Below, piece by piece: positions 1 to 10,729 of a stretch of DNA of 64,000 bases. A program made the position numbers and the translations under genes. The notes beneath the pieces are model-generated. The model was not told the DNA's origin and did not search any database. It saw nothing but the letters and a program-made list of their open reading frames with translations. This DNA comes from Balanoglossus misakiensis. Taxonomy: Eukaryota > Animalia > Hemichordata. How positions within the stretch are numbered: position 1 is the first letter of the stretch; every line of letters starts with the position of its first letter. Where the stretch lies: the NCBI GenBank assembly GCA_040954595.2, contig CM082596.2:8507124-8571123 (forward strand), given 5' to 3'.

Positions 1-563
1 CCAATTTCATTTGTAAGTTCTCCTTTCTGTTCACGGTTTGATACCATGAAATAGAAGCCCCATGCCTTCAAGCATCCATGACATCAAATTTGAAATTACA
101 ATTTTCCCCAATCATAATCTCTTTCATGGGGTGTTTTTAAACATTGTATGTTGTATTGGTGTATAAAATTTGCAAAGCCAACCAGTCTGACAATTCATGA
201 ATGTAACATTTCCTGACTAAATGTCTTCCGGTATAAAATTTGTTGTATCACAGCTGATCACATTAATTGAGATTGCAATTCCTGGTCACAATTGGTTATG
301 GATTGTGCTCATAATTTAATTATATTAGAAAGTAAATTTACATCATTTGATATGAAAATCACAATTTTATTTTTACCCCCAAAAAGTATTTACATTTTCC
401 ATTTCCAAGTATGTGGGATGCAAGCATCACATGTCTGTACAATGCAGTCAGTTGAAATGGAACCCATCTTGAATAAGTTTTCCTTTCTTATCGTCTTTAT
501 ATTTCATGAAGGGTCAAATGGCAATCTTGTCTGTGGCTTTTGTACAATAGGGTACAACATTAA

Positions 564-938
564 AGGTACACCATCAGCTCCAATTTGCATGCGCCCATAT
601 ATGGCTGAAATGGCTTATTTGAGTGTTTTAAAGAACATATGGGGCACTTTTTTCGCGTGTGCCACCCACTGAAAATCTGTTATTGGCTAGATCTCAATTT
701 GTCATAGTATTAAAGGTATACGGTCACAGATGCAAATTTAGCTACAGTTACCATTGTAAATTGAGATCTAGCCAATCACAGATTTTCAGTGGGTGGCACA
801 CGCGAAAAACGGAGCGGCACCAAATGTTCTTTAGAACGCCCAAATACGCCATTTCAGCCATATATGGGCGTATGTAAATTGAAGGCGACTGTATACCTTT
901 GAACTGTAGCTAAATTTGCATAGCTGACTGTATAAGTT
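564..938. mobile_element. About 190-bp TTAA-flanked MITE family A (Kolobok-like); outer copy with a second copy nested at 714-898
   Basis: TIR AGGTATACGGTCAC...GTGAC(C/T)GTATACCT; further copies at 15980-16168, 24868-25051, 56027-56211, 61066-61241. Confidence 0.8.
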
Positions 939-1261
939 TAAATTTTAAGTTCTAGGTTGAAATTAGTTAATAAAGAATGTACGGTTTACTTGAAGCGAAA
1001 AGTACATGTTTTATCATGTAATTACTTTTTTAGGGGCGACTTTTGGAATATAAACCATCATTTTAGAGAAGGGACATTCTATTCATTAAAATGAAATTGA
1101 AATCAAATTCCCTCAGCTGTTGTGTATGGATTCATTCTCTTTGTGCACTTGTGCCGTCTTTTTAAGTTGTTTGTTGATCCATCACCCCTGGAAGATCACT
1201 CGGCTAACTTGGACAGACATGCCCTGTATACAAACAACTGCTCCATGTGTTTGTCATTACT

Positions 1262-1578
1262 AGCCTCTAGAGCTGCCACTTTTTTTGCATATTTTCCTTT
1301 ATTTTTTTCCAAGCCTACTACAAGTCTACAAGAACATCTGATCGACACCCAATTGTAGTCGTATGTTCCAATTTGAACACGCTATATATTTAACAGGTGC
1401 CAGACCCATTTAATCAGAGTCCATGCAAACAGTATGCAGCTATCATGGTATGCGTCGCCAAGAGATGACAAACTGATGCACAATGAATGCAAGTAAATAT
1501 GGCTTATTGGTGAGGATTTTAAAGGATAGAGAAGTATTTACAGTGAAAGAAAAAATGTGAAATTTGGCAGATCTTTAA
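1262..1578. mobile_element. MITE family C copy (reverse of 13474-13804)
   Basis: AGCCTCTAGAGCTGCCA terminus; internal sequence shared with 13474-13804. Confidence 0.65.
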
Positions 1579-1887
1579 CTCGCATTTTCCAATAAAGAAT
1601 ACTGTTCTGTTTCTGGGAATGTGTATATGTTATTGTTGACAAATGAATTCAAGTGCGGACTTGAATTCAATATCCAACAATAACAGTACTGATTACTACA
1701 ACATGGCTGTGTTGAGAAACCAAATTCTCAGCAATTCTTTGCTGTTTTACAGAGTAGAACAAAAAATTACAGTTGATACACAAAAACACATCATTAAATG
1801 TTTAATACTTGTGTTTATTTCATTACAACAAAGAGTACAGCTCAGGTTTATTTTTAAAAAGTACAAGTCCAGTCTTGAAAGAATAAA

Positions 1888-4175
1888 TTATTTCTTCGGT
1901 TTATCTAAAATGTTTAGGAATTTTCCTCTTGTCATTTCTCGAGCTGGAATAGAGATCAAAATCATGTTATTACTATGGTGTATCAGCCTCAGGTTTTTGT
2001 TTTTAATTGATGGTGGGCATTTAATGAATAATTCACTTGCAGTATCTGCCTGGATTTGACTTCAGAGGGTCTTGCTCTATCCTTGTACTTTTTGTAGTAA
2101 ACACTTGGAACTACACACCAATAACCAGTGTTCAATCCAAAAAGGGCATGTGATAATTCCACTGGCCTGCCTTCAGATACCAGACATCAAAAGTCACACA
2201 CACACACAAACGTAATGTTTTTTGTTGATAGGCCAACAAATGCAAAACGAGTATTTTCATTAGAAGTAGAAAATGACTAACCCTCTTCCAGTCCAAGTTG
2301 ATACGCTAAATTCTGCAGTCCTTTGACTTTCTCCATCAGATTGGCAGTGGTCAAACTTCCAAACTCTGTTAATACAACAACACAATGTATATTGTCAATG
2401 ATTGGAGGCTTTATTGGATCACGTCATAAAACACATTGACTTGCATATGTCCATCATTTTCCTGAAGCAGGAAAAGACACTTGTCGACAAATCACTGTAA
2501 TCTCAACACCGAGAAACGGAGATGACAACCACCACAAACACAGATCATTCAACAGCAAATACAGATCTATGAGATCAACACAGTTGGAACTTAGGATATG
2601 AATAATGTTCACAATTCCAAAGTGGCACTTCGCAAACAATTACCAGTACACCAACAGCGACAACAACTAACCTTGCAGCATATCAATGTCATCTCCTTTC
2701 AATTCAGCAGACCATGGCGGTGATTGGTTGCCTGGCTGTAATCATAATTTGTTGATTTGTTATCTACATTTGTACACGTAATTATGAGTGTAATTTTCTC
2801 TTTCAAGAATTGAAGGACTTTTTCAATGTCATTTGTCAGCCGTATATCTTTGTATCCAAGTGTGGAATAGGATTAAAGAAATTGAAAAATCCTTACATAA
2901 AACTGAGGTGATACAGGTTGTATATAATGCCTCCAATTCAACATCTATACGAACATAGTAGATAATAATATTCACCATTCAGTTCCTTTAAAATGAATCT
3001 CTTCAGAATGCAACTGTCATACTTACACTTTTAAAAGCAGCAAATTCAGAAACTCCAGGAACTACAATAAACACATGTAAACGTAACTTTAGTTGAGAAT
3101 GTTAAGACGATGACGAACTTTCCAAACTGACTGACAAAAGAACGGGTTATCTGGAAAACAATCATTCACACAAGCACAGACTTTCCTTTGTGGTTGTTTT
3201 TGGCTGTGACAAGAGTTATAAGTCTTGCACTGAGGTCTTGGCCTGAGACTATGGCTGAGTTTCTTGCACCTGTGTTATGGATTCAGTTATCATCATTAGA
3301 TGATTGAAAGCAATTCCCTCATCAGCTATAAGTGCCCTGATATACATCTTGTAGTCAGTCGTTACAATATTTCCTGTCTAGGGTTTCATTTATAACTGTG
3401 AGATCCAGTTTCAAAAATTAAACTGTAAACCTTGAGCGTCCCTTCTGCTTTCAAAAATGTTATCTTGAACATGACTACAATACTTGTAGTGCGCACATTG
3501 ACGAAAGTTTGTGCATTTATATTTTCTTTTCTCTTGAATAATGATTGCCTGGCAATGCCTGCTCATTCTTGTGATTGGTACTGGCTATAATATTGCCAAC
3601 TATTGGTTGCTTCGTTAACATTGACATTTGATTTAACTGATATTATGACATTAATTTGTATGTATGGAATATGTTGTTCATATAATAAGCTGTTTTTCCA
3701 AAGACAATTCAATTGATTCATTTGAAAAAAAAAAGGTGTGGGGGGGGGGCGTCATCCATGGTATTGTATCAGTGCATATAGCCCCCCCCCCCCCCCGAAG
3801 CTGTCTCCAGCAATCACTGACTTATGACTAGCAGAAATTGTGTAAGATATGACTAGCAAACGACTTCATTTAGTACCTACTTTGTTCTGGCCACAACTCT
3901 GGTGAAGAACGGTCCAATCTTTCAAAGCTAAGTAAAGTCTGTTCCAAGTCTGTTGCTGTAAAATACAATTTAACAAGTGAAGTGACAATACCAGGCAAAA
4001 ACCGTCGTAATTTGTTGTTTCTGGTGCAGATTCAATCAGATGCGCTTAGATCATCATTAGCAACGACAATTTGGTCATAGGTGCCTTAAACAGAGCCGTC
4101 TCGCCCATTTCACTGCCCATTTCGAAATGTACATGTAAACATTGATTTTCATTTACCCGCACTTGGCGACGCCAT
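1888..4175 (-). CDS. LIN52: LIN52, MuvB/DREAM subunit; 6 coding exons (4175-4157, 3955-3881, 3061-3027, 2735-2672, 2365-2282, 1943-1888)
   Basis: Manual GT-AG splicing gives MASPSAATDLEQTLLSFERLDRSSPELWPEQIPGVSEFAAFKS...DDIDMLQEFGSLTTANLMEKVKGLQNLAYQLGLEEAREMTRGKFLNILDKPKK*, closely matching LIN52; exon phases are consistent; absent from the ORF track because the exons are short. Confidence 0.95.
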
Positions 4176-4495
4176 TTTAACTGGGGTCATGTGACCAATC
4201 CTTGCACCGCACCCTGCCCCATTCCCGACGTTGGCTGCGCTACGGCGACGTCTTTTACATTCGCGGTGCGGTATTCTTACGTTGTCGCCTCACGCAGCCT
4301 AAAAATAGACCGCACCGCGTAATTAGACGTCGCCGTACCCTACATCTGATTGTGATCAGATTGGGGACAATTAATTATCAAATCAGGAAGCTTTACAAAG
4401 TTGTTGCTAGTACGCCCTCGCCGATAAATGGTTGGTTTCTGCAGAGAAGAGCGCCATCAAGGGCAATTCGCTCTTGCGATGTCCAGGGATATTTA

Positions 4496-4558
4496 ATTTG
4501 CATATGATCTCTACGGCTATTCAGATGCTAATTTTAAACTTTGCATATAAATGTTAAT
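4496..4558 (+). promoter_or_regulatory. Octamer cluster, candidate distal sequence element of U2 gene 1
   Basis: ATTTGCAT 4496-4503, ATGCTAAT 4525-4532, CTTTGCAT 4539-4546, ATGTTAAT 4551-4558, about 240-300 bp upstream of U2 +1, the usual DSE position. Confidence 0.55.
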
Positions 4559-4735
4559 TTAGGTGCTATGCTTTTTTGCCTTTTTATTGAAAAATAAGAG
4601 AAATCAGTCCTGTTTCATGAATCCTTGATCTCACAATTTGTTGTTTTAATATTGACAGCTTTAGTATTTTCTCCATAGCTTTGATTTAATGTCAAATAAA
4701 ACACGCGACCTTGATTGAAGAACAACCTGTCGACC

Positions 4736-4752
4736 AAACCATACATAAAGTT
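4736..4752 (+). promoter_or_regulatory. Candidate proximal sequence element (PSE) of U2 gene 1
   Basis: AAACCATACATAAAGTT at about -60 to -45; identical upstream of U2 gene 2 (45660-45676, minus); resembles the snRNA PSE consensus. Confidence 0.55.
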
Positions 4753-4796
4753 TTGTTGAGCTTGATACCGTCCAAAGTTCCGAGCCGACAGTCAAT

Positions 4797-4825
4797 ATCG
4801 CTTCTCGGCCTTTTGGCTAAGATCA
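4797..4825 (+). ncRNA. RNU2: U2 snRNA gene 1, 5' part (nt 1-29), interrupted by LINE
   Basis: ATCGCTTCTCGGCCTTTTGGCTAAGATCA is the conserved U2 5' end. Confidence 0.96.
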
Positions 4826-5018
4826 TTGGTTGCTGCTACTGGTGTTTATATCCAATCCAAGAAGAGTATTCCAACAGGTGTTTTGTTCAGCGTTCGACGT
4901 CCTCGTGGAGCTTCGTTTCTTCTTTTCTTTTGGTACAAGCCAGGTGGGACGTGAGCGTGAGTTGCTTTTTTTAGCTTCTCTTTTTTCTTTGTCGTTTTTT
5001 TGATTATTTTGCTTCAGC

Positions 5019-6461
5019 ATGGTGCGCAAAGATCGCACACTTTTGCTGAAGTTTGGTAGTGATGCTGATGTAAAAGCAGTTTTTGATCAGCTCAGTAGTG
5101 TGGGTGTGGAAGCCAAGCTTCATTTAGAGGCGGTTCAGAAATTGCCTGGAAGTGCGTTCGACGTAACTTTCAGGACGCTCGCATTTAGGCGGCTCTTTGA
5201 AGAGCGGTTGAGGAGTAAGTCGGATTTTGTCACTCATTCGTATGGGTCAGATATTGTAGTGGTAACCGTTTTGTACATCGACAACGAGCTCGACGACAAT
5301 TATGTACAGTACATTTTGTCAGCTTATGGCACTGTCTTGGCAGCCAGGAAATGTGTGTATGCATACGAACCATCAGTTTTTAACGGCACGAGGCAGTACC
5401 GTATGCGTCTGAAGAAAAATATTCCCTCCGTTATACGTATTGGTGGTAGGAACGCGTGGTTTTCCTATTCTGGTCAGCCTCGCACGTGTATCAAGTGTAA
5501 CAATACAGGCCACTTGGCTAAAGACTGCGTCAACGTGCGTTGTTTTAGGTGTGCACAGCTAGGACACACGGTTGCAGAATGCACGGCAAATGTGAAGTGT
5601 TCCATTTGTGGGGGGGATGGGCATGTTTATCGTAATTGCTCTTTGTCGTTTGCTAATAGAGTTGCCTTGTCGAATTCTTGGTTGTCAACGGAGGCGGCTG
5701 CTTCTCCAAGTACTGGTGAGTCGAAGGAAATTGTTGATGTTATTGTTGAAGATATTGTTTCAAAGGTGTGCGAGCTGGCTTCAGATCCTGTGACGCAGCC
5801 GTCTCCAGATTGTGAGGCGGAAGACGTGTCTGAATCGGGTTCACAAGTTTTGTTTTCAGATGCTATGGATGTTGAAGACAATTCTTCTATGGGTGTGACT
5901 CCTGGCCAGCGACAGGATTTTTTCAGTCCAAGGTCCTCTTTTTCTTCTACGGATATGCTTTGTTCGTCTTCTGCTAAGCGTCCTGCGCCGTCTGATGATA
6001 ATGATGACGATAACGATGAGATGATTAAGAGAGTGGCTGTTGATGGTGATAGCAAGTCGGTTTCTTTAACTGGTGCGGTTGATAGCGAAGCCGACTCTGA
6101 TTGTTCAGTGACCTCACATGCGTCTGGTTCCGTTTTCTCACAGTCTACAGTTGAATTACGTCAAAAGGCGTTAGATTCTGTGCGTCTTTCATCCATTATG
6201 GACTTGTCGACTGTGTACTCGTCATGTAACACGTTCTCGGGTGATTGTGCGTCCTGCGTTCATGGCTGGGAAGCCATGCAAAATCATTGTAAAGAGATGC
6301 ACGGCATCGACCCACTTCTAGTTCAGTGTCCAATAAAAAAATGTAAGCACCTTTCCTTTCCGGATCCAGTCAAATGGCTGGAACACTTAGTTTCTGTTCA
6401 CCCTGTTTTTGTTTTGTCTAAGGACTTGTCCTTTTTTGATTTTTACTTCTTTAATGCATAA
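5019..6461 (+). CDS. LINE ORF1p (RRM-like region, 3 CCHC zinc knuckles, acidic Ser-rich linker, C-terminal C2H2-like fingers)
   Basis: CIKCNNTGHLAKDC, CFRCAQLGHTVAEC, CSICGGDGHVYRNC; NGTRQYRM and YSGQPRTC motifs typical of Tx1 ORF1. Confidence 0.92.
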   Translation: MVRKDRTLLLKFGSDADVKAVFDQLSSVGVEAKLHLEAVQKLPGSAFDVTFRTLAFRRLFEERLRSKSDFVTHSYGSDIVVVTVLYIDNELDDNYVQYILSAYGTVLAARKCVYAYEPSVFNGTRQYRMRLKKNIPSVIRIGGRNAWFSYSGQPRTCIKCNNTGHLAKDCVNVRCFRCAQLGHTVAECTANVKCSICGGDGHVYRNCSLSFANRVALSNSWLSTEAAASPSTGESKEIVDVIVEDIVSKVCELASDPVTQPSPDCEAEDVSESGSQVLFSDAMDVEDNSSMGVTPGQRQDFFSPRSSFSSTDMLCSSSAKRPAPSDDNDDDNDEMIKRVAVDGDSKSVSLTGAVDSEADSDCSVTSHASGSVFSQSTVELRQKALDSVRLSSIMDLSTVYSSCNTFSGDCASCVHGWEAMQNHCKEMHGIDPLLVQCPIKKCKHLSFPDPVKWLEHLVSVHPVFVLSKDLSFFDFYFFNA

Positions 6462-6566
6462 ATATCAGTTCCGTGTTTTGGGGGTTTTGCGTCGGCTTAG
6501 AGTTGATCTGTGCTTAGCTGTCTCTTTGGTTTCTTGATGGCCAATTGTTTTTTTCTTCTTTTTACC

Positions 6567-9500
6567 ATGTTGAATTTATGTTCCATCAATGTTAATGGTA
6601 TGAAGGATTCTGTTAAGCGTAACTCTTTGTTTGCTTCCTTTAGAGACAGTAAGTTTGATATTATCTTCTTGCAGGAGACCCATTGTAGTTCTTCTAGGGA
6701 GATGGCAATGTGGGGAAGGGAGTGGGGAGGCCCCAATTATTGGAGCTTAGGGTCCAATAGCAGCAGGGGAGTGGGCATTTTGATCTCTCCGTCATCCGGT
6801 TTTTCCCTGCAGGATTTTACTTCAGATGTGGATGGGCGTCTGGTGGCGGGTACTGTCTCCTTTAGTGCATTTACTTGCCGTTTAATTAATGTGTATGCGC
6901 CTAACAGTCCTTCAGGTAGGATTAATTTCTTTGCAGGTTTATCTGATTTCATCGGTAGCCATAGCAATATTATTTTGGGTGGTGACTTTAATTGTGTTTC
7001 TTGTCCAGTTGATCGGTTTGGGGGGTCCGCTTCGAATACTACTTGCTTCATAGGTAGTGAAGTTCTGCAAAAGTTATGTTCTGATTACAGCTTGGTTGAT
7101 GTTTGGCGCCGTCAGCATGAAAACCTACAGGAATATACATGGCGAAATCGTTCTTGTTCGGTTGGTAGTCGTCTTGATCGCTTTTACATGTCTAGTGCGT
7201 TGAAAACCTCGTCCAATATTGTTCCTTGCTCCCTGTCCGACCATGATATGTGTTCGGTATCAATTAGGGGTGGTCAGTCTGTTCGTAGGGGTCCTGGGGT
7301 GTGGAAGTGCAATGTTTCCATTTTGTCTGACCCCTCGGTCCTTGATGAGATCCGCCATCGTGTTGCTAATTGGGTCACTTTGCAGGAAGCCTTCCCATGC
7401 TTGTCTGATTGGTGGGACATGGTCAAAGAGCGTTTAAAGGCCTTGGTTAAGAAACATTCACGGAAAGTGGCTCTTAAAAAGAAGGCGCTTTTATCTTCGT
7501 TGTATGATCAGTTGCGGGATTTGACGTCTTGCTTGAATTCTGGAAAGCGTTCTCGGTCTATTTTGAACGATTATAATAGTGTTAAAGAGCGCATTAACAA
7601 GTTGACACAGGAGAAACTTGCGGGTGTCAAGATCCGTTCGCGTGCGCATTGGCTGGAGCACGAAGAGAAATGTTCTCGGTTTTTCTTTGCGCGTGAGCGC
7701 AAGAGAGCTGTCAAGAAGTGTATTTCCAAAATGGTTGATGTTGATGGCAATATTCGTACTGATCAAGATGGTATTTCTTCAGTCATTTGTGATTATTTCG
7801 CCAGTCTTTTTTCGCCGACAGATTCGCTTAGTTCTAGTGAGCAGGATTTCTTTATTTCCAAATTAGAGAGAGCACTGGACCCAGAGCAGCAGGCACGCTT
7901 GGATGCCCCTTTTACTATGGAGGAGCTGACATCTGCCATGAAGTCAATGAAGAACGGTAAAGCACCAGGTTCGGATGGCTTTCAGAAGGAGGTTTATGTC
8001 AGGCTGTGGGATACGCTTGGCCCAATATATCTGGAGGTTTGTAACGATATCCTTGCCAAAAAACGTCTGGGTGCATCACAGAGATGGGCAGTTGTCACCC
8101 TTCTTAGCAAATCAGTACCGCCTGGTGACGTGAATGGGCAGTATCGGCCTGACAATAAGCGCCCGATATCATTATTGAATGTTGATTACAAGATTATTGC
8201 AAAAGTGCTGTGCAACAGATTGAGTTCAGTCTTGCCTGACCTTGTCAATCCGTTTCAGACGTGTGGGGTCAAGGGTCGATCCATTACTGACAATCTGCAT
8301 ATTGTTCGGGATTTTCTGTTTCGTTGTAATTCTCGTAACAGTCAGGGTGCCATTGTCTCCTTAGATCAACGTAAGGCTTTTGATACAGTTGACTGGGTGT
8401 TTTTGCATAAAGTTCTTGAGAAATTTAATTTTGGTTCAGTGTTCCGCGACTGGATACAAATACTGTACACCGATATTTCCAGTTCATTTCTAGTTAACGG
8501 ATTTCTCAGTGATCCTGTGGTTATTGGTAGAGGTGTGCGGCAGGGGTGTCCCCTCTCTCCGCTTCTTTATGTTCTGTTTATTGAGCCGCTTGCCGCAGTT
8601 ATCCAGGCAGAGCAAAAAGTTCAGGGCTTTAACATTCCTGGTTATCCGCATTCAGTTAAACTGTTGCAGTATGCTGATGACAACACAGTCTTAGTCACTG
8701 ACAACGCTTCCTTCAAAGTTATTTTTGATATTTTTTCCCGTTTTGCTTTAGCTTCAGGCTCTTGCATAAACCGTAAGAAGTGCAAAGGTTTATGGCTGGG
8801 GAACTGGAGAGGGCGCTCTGACAGTCCGGAGCAACTTCAGTTCAGCAACGACAGTATTTTCATCAACGGTGTCTGTTTTGGTGAGGGCGCCCCTATAGTC
8901 AATTGGTCCCTGAAACTTCAGAAGTGCCTGAAAATCTTCTCCAAGTGGGGGGGACGGCGTTTGACACTTTTCGGGAAAGTTCTTGTTGCCAATGTTGTTA
9001 TCATGCCAGCTATGTGGTATGTGGCAGCCTTATTTCCACCTCCGCCTTCCGTGATTGCAAAGTTTAACACAGCCTTATTTTCTTTCATCTGGAGTGGGAA
9101 GAAACCAGAGCTTGTGCGTCGTCTTGTTCTCTACCAGCCTCTGGAAAAGGGGGGGCTGGGTCTTGTTAACCTAGAGTTGAAAGCAAAAGCTTTATTACTT
9201 TCTCAGTTTCTCCCTTTGATTCAGGACGTTACTGTTAAACCTGTTCACTTCCTGATGAAACGTTACTTTTCTTTACCCCTACGTTCTCTGTTTCCCTTCT
9301 TTTGGTCAAATACCTTGCCACAGTATGCGGAATGTCCGCTTTGGTATTCGACTGTTGTAACCTTGGTTAAGAGCTTATTTCCACTCCTATGTAAAAACTC
9401 ACTTTCTTGGAGTAATTTAAAGTCTGTACATACTTACCATCTTTTGCTTTCGGCTATTGATACCGTTCCACCTGTGGTCAAGCGTTCTCCGTCTTTGTGT

Positions 9501-10061
9501 TGGAAAGATGTTTGGTCTTCTGTGCACACTTCTAGTTTAGACAACACCTTGAAAGATCTAGCTTGGCGCTGCGCGCACAACGTACTACCGATTCGCTCCC
9601 GTCTTGTTGCTTGGGGAATGCGTCGCGTCGTGCCGTACTGCCCGCGTGAAAATTGCGCGGCGGTGGAATCGTTAGCCCACGCTTTGATATTTTGTCAACA
9701 TGCTAACTACGTGTGGGCTTGGGTAGAGAACCGTTTGTACCGACTGAGAGGCGCGCTTAAGTTCGATGAGAATCTCATCTTACGAGGACTTACGGAGTGT
9801 AATTTGTCGCGGGCCAACCGGGCGCTGGTGATGTACATAGTGAATGTGACAAAAATGTGTATTTGGCGGACGCGATGTCAGGCGGCCTTTGAGTATATTT
9901 TCCTATCTCCAGAGGACGTTTTACTTACCGTCAAAGATGAGATTCGGCAGCGTCTCCAGGCTGATCGAGTTAGACTGACAACTGAGGAATTTTACAGTCA
10001 GTGGGGTATTGCAGGGATCCTTGCCGTTCGTTCGAGCTCAGGACCGCGAATCTTGATCTGA
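6567..10061 (+). CDS. LINE ORF2p: AP endonuclease, reverse transcriptase, C-terminal Cys/His (zf-RVT) motif
   Basis: NVNG, QETH, GDFN, SDH endonuclease motifs; RPISLLN, KAFD, GVRQGCPLSP, QYADD RT motifs; CPRENC..ESLAHALIFC; uninterrupted. Start placed at ATG 6567 (ATG 6537 is an alternative). Confidence 0.96.
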   Translation: MLNLCSINVNGMKDSVKRNSLFASFRDSKFDIIFLQETHCSSSREMAMWGREWGGPNYWSLGSNSSRGVGILISPSSGFSLQDFTSDVDGRLVAGTVSFSAFTCRLINVYAPNSPSGRINFFAGLSDFIGSHSNIILGGDFNCVSCPVDRFGGSASNTTCFIGSEVLQKLCSDYSLVDVWRRQHENLQEYTWRNRSCSVGSRLDRFYMSSALKTSSNIVPCSLSDHDMCSVSIRGGQSVRRGPGVWKCNVSILSDPSVLDEIRHRVANWVTLQEAFPCLSDWWDMVKERLKALVKKHSRKVALKKKALLSSLYDQLRDLTSCLNSGKRSRSILNDYNSVKERINKLTQEKLAGVKIRSRAHWLEHEEKCSRFFFARERKRAVKKCISKMVDVDGNIRTDQDGISSVICDYFASLFSPTDSLSSSEQDFFISKLERALDPEQQARLDAPFTMEELTSAMKSMKNGKAPGSDGFQKEVYVRLWDTLGPIYLEVCNDILAKKRLGASQRWAVVTLLSKSVPPGDVNGQYRPDNKRPISLLNVDYKIIAKVLCNRLSSVLPDLVNPFQTCGVKGRSITDNLHIVRDFLFRCNSRNSQGAIVSLDQRKAFDTVDWVFLHKVLEKFNFGSVFRDWIQILYTDISSSFLVNGFLSDPVVIGRGVRQGCPLSPLLYVLFIEPLAAVIQAEQKVQGFNIPGYPHSVKLLQYADDNTVLVTDNASFKVIFDIFSRFALASGSCINRKKCKGLWLGNWRGRSDSPEQLQFSNDSIFINGVCFGEGAPIVNWSLKLQKCLKIFSKWGGRRLTLFGKVLVANVVIMPAMWYVAALFPPPPSVIAKFNTALFSFIWSGKKPELVRRLVLYQPLEKGGLGLVNLELKAKALLLSQFLPLIQDVTVKPVHFLMKRYFSLPLRSLFPFFWSNTLPQYAECPLWYSTVVTLVKSLFPLLCKNSLSWSNLKSVHTYHLLLSAIDTVPPVVKRSPSLCWKDVWSSVHTSSLDNTLKDLAWRCAHNVLPIRSRLVAWGMRRVVPYCPRENCAAVESLAHALIFCQHANYVWAWVENRLYRLRGALKFDENLILRGLTECNLSRANRALVMYIVNVTKMCIWRTRCQAAFEYIFLSPEDVLLTVKDEIRQRLQADRVRLTTEEFYSQWGIAGILAVRSSSGPRILI

Positions 10062-10729
10062 GCTGGTTGTTTTGTTTTCACTTACCCGCATTCGCGGTTT
10101 TTTCGTCATCGTCGATGATATCCGGTTACTTCGTCTTCAGTTACTGCATACGTGATTACTCTTCGCCGCGCAAAACAGAGTGTCTCGCGTTTTTCGTTTT
10201 TTACCGCGTGTTTTCGAATGAGTGCGAGTGTGTATGGGTGTTTCACCTGGCTGTACATTGCGTTCCTTTCCACTTGGTTATGGTATTTCTTCGTTGTATT
10301 CTGTATTTCTCCTCTTGTCTTTTCAGCATTTCTTCAGTGATGTATTCTTGGATTCTTTTAGAGCGAGTTTTTGATTGGTGCTTTGTAACCTTTGACCTGT
10401 TAAAAATAAAGATTGGGGTGGGGTCAGGTCGTGTTACGACTGTTCATTTGTGCTGGTTTTTCAACATTACTTTGCTCTTAAGTTGTTGTATTTTTCGTTT
10501 AGTTTTAATATTGTTTCGATCGTTACCTTTACTTTGGAGAATTGGGCAGGGGGTGTCGTACGCCCTTGTACTTCGAACCGACGTGGTTTCGGCCTGCCTA
10601 GGGGCTCCCGTTGTTTTCTTCTGTTTTTATAGTTTTTCGGATGTAGTCTAGTTGATTTGTTGTCTCTGTGAAGGAGTAAGTTGTTAGGTTAGGTTAGTTT
10701 TTTGTTTACCCCTAAATCAAAAAGGAGTA

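Larger units (their letters stand above)
4826..10729 (+). mobile_element. Full-length Tx1-clade non-LTR retrotransposon inserted in U2 snRNA (Keno-like), copy 1
   Basis: About 190-bp 5'UTR, ORF1, ORF2 (APE-RT-Zn), about 665-bp T-rich 3'UTR; flanked by U2 5' and 3' parts; the last 4 nt (AGTA) could belong to either element or U2. Confidence 0.95.

Noticed and set aside
659-877. Recurring short ORFs (KVYGH..FSGWHTR) here and at 24753 and 61057
   Set aside because: Translations of MITE family A, not a protein family
10001-10651. 216-aa hydrophobic ORF after ORF2 (possible ORF3; also 39766-40410)
   Set aside because: No ATG start, T-rich 3'UTR composition explains the F/L/V bias, and the two copies differ by an indel near its end
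10683-10697. (TTAGG)n telomere-like motif near the element 3' end
   Set aside because: Under three units in a T/G-rich UTR; no evidence of telomeric function
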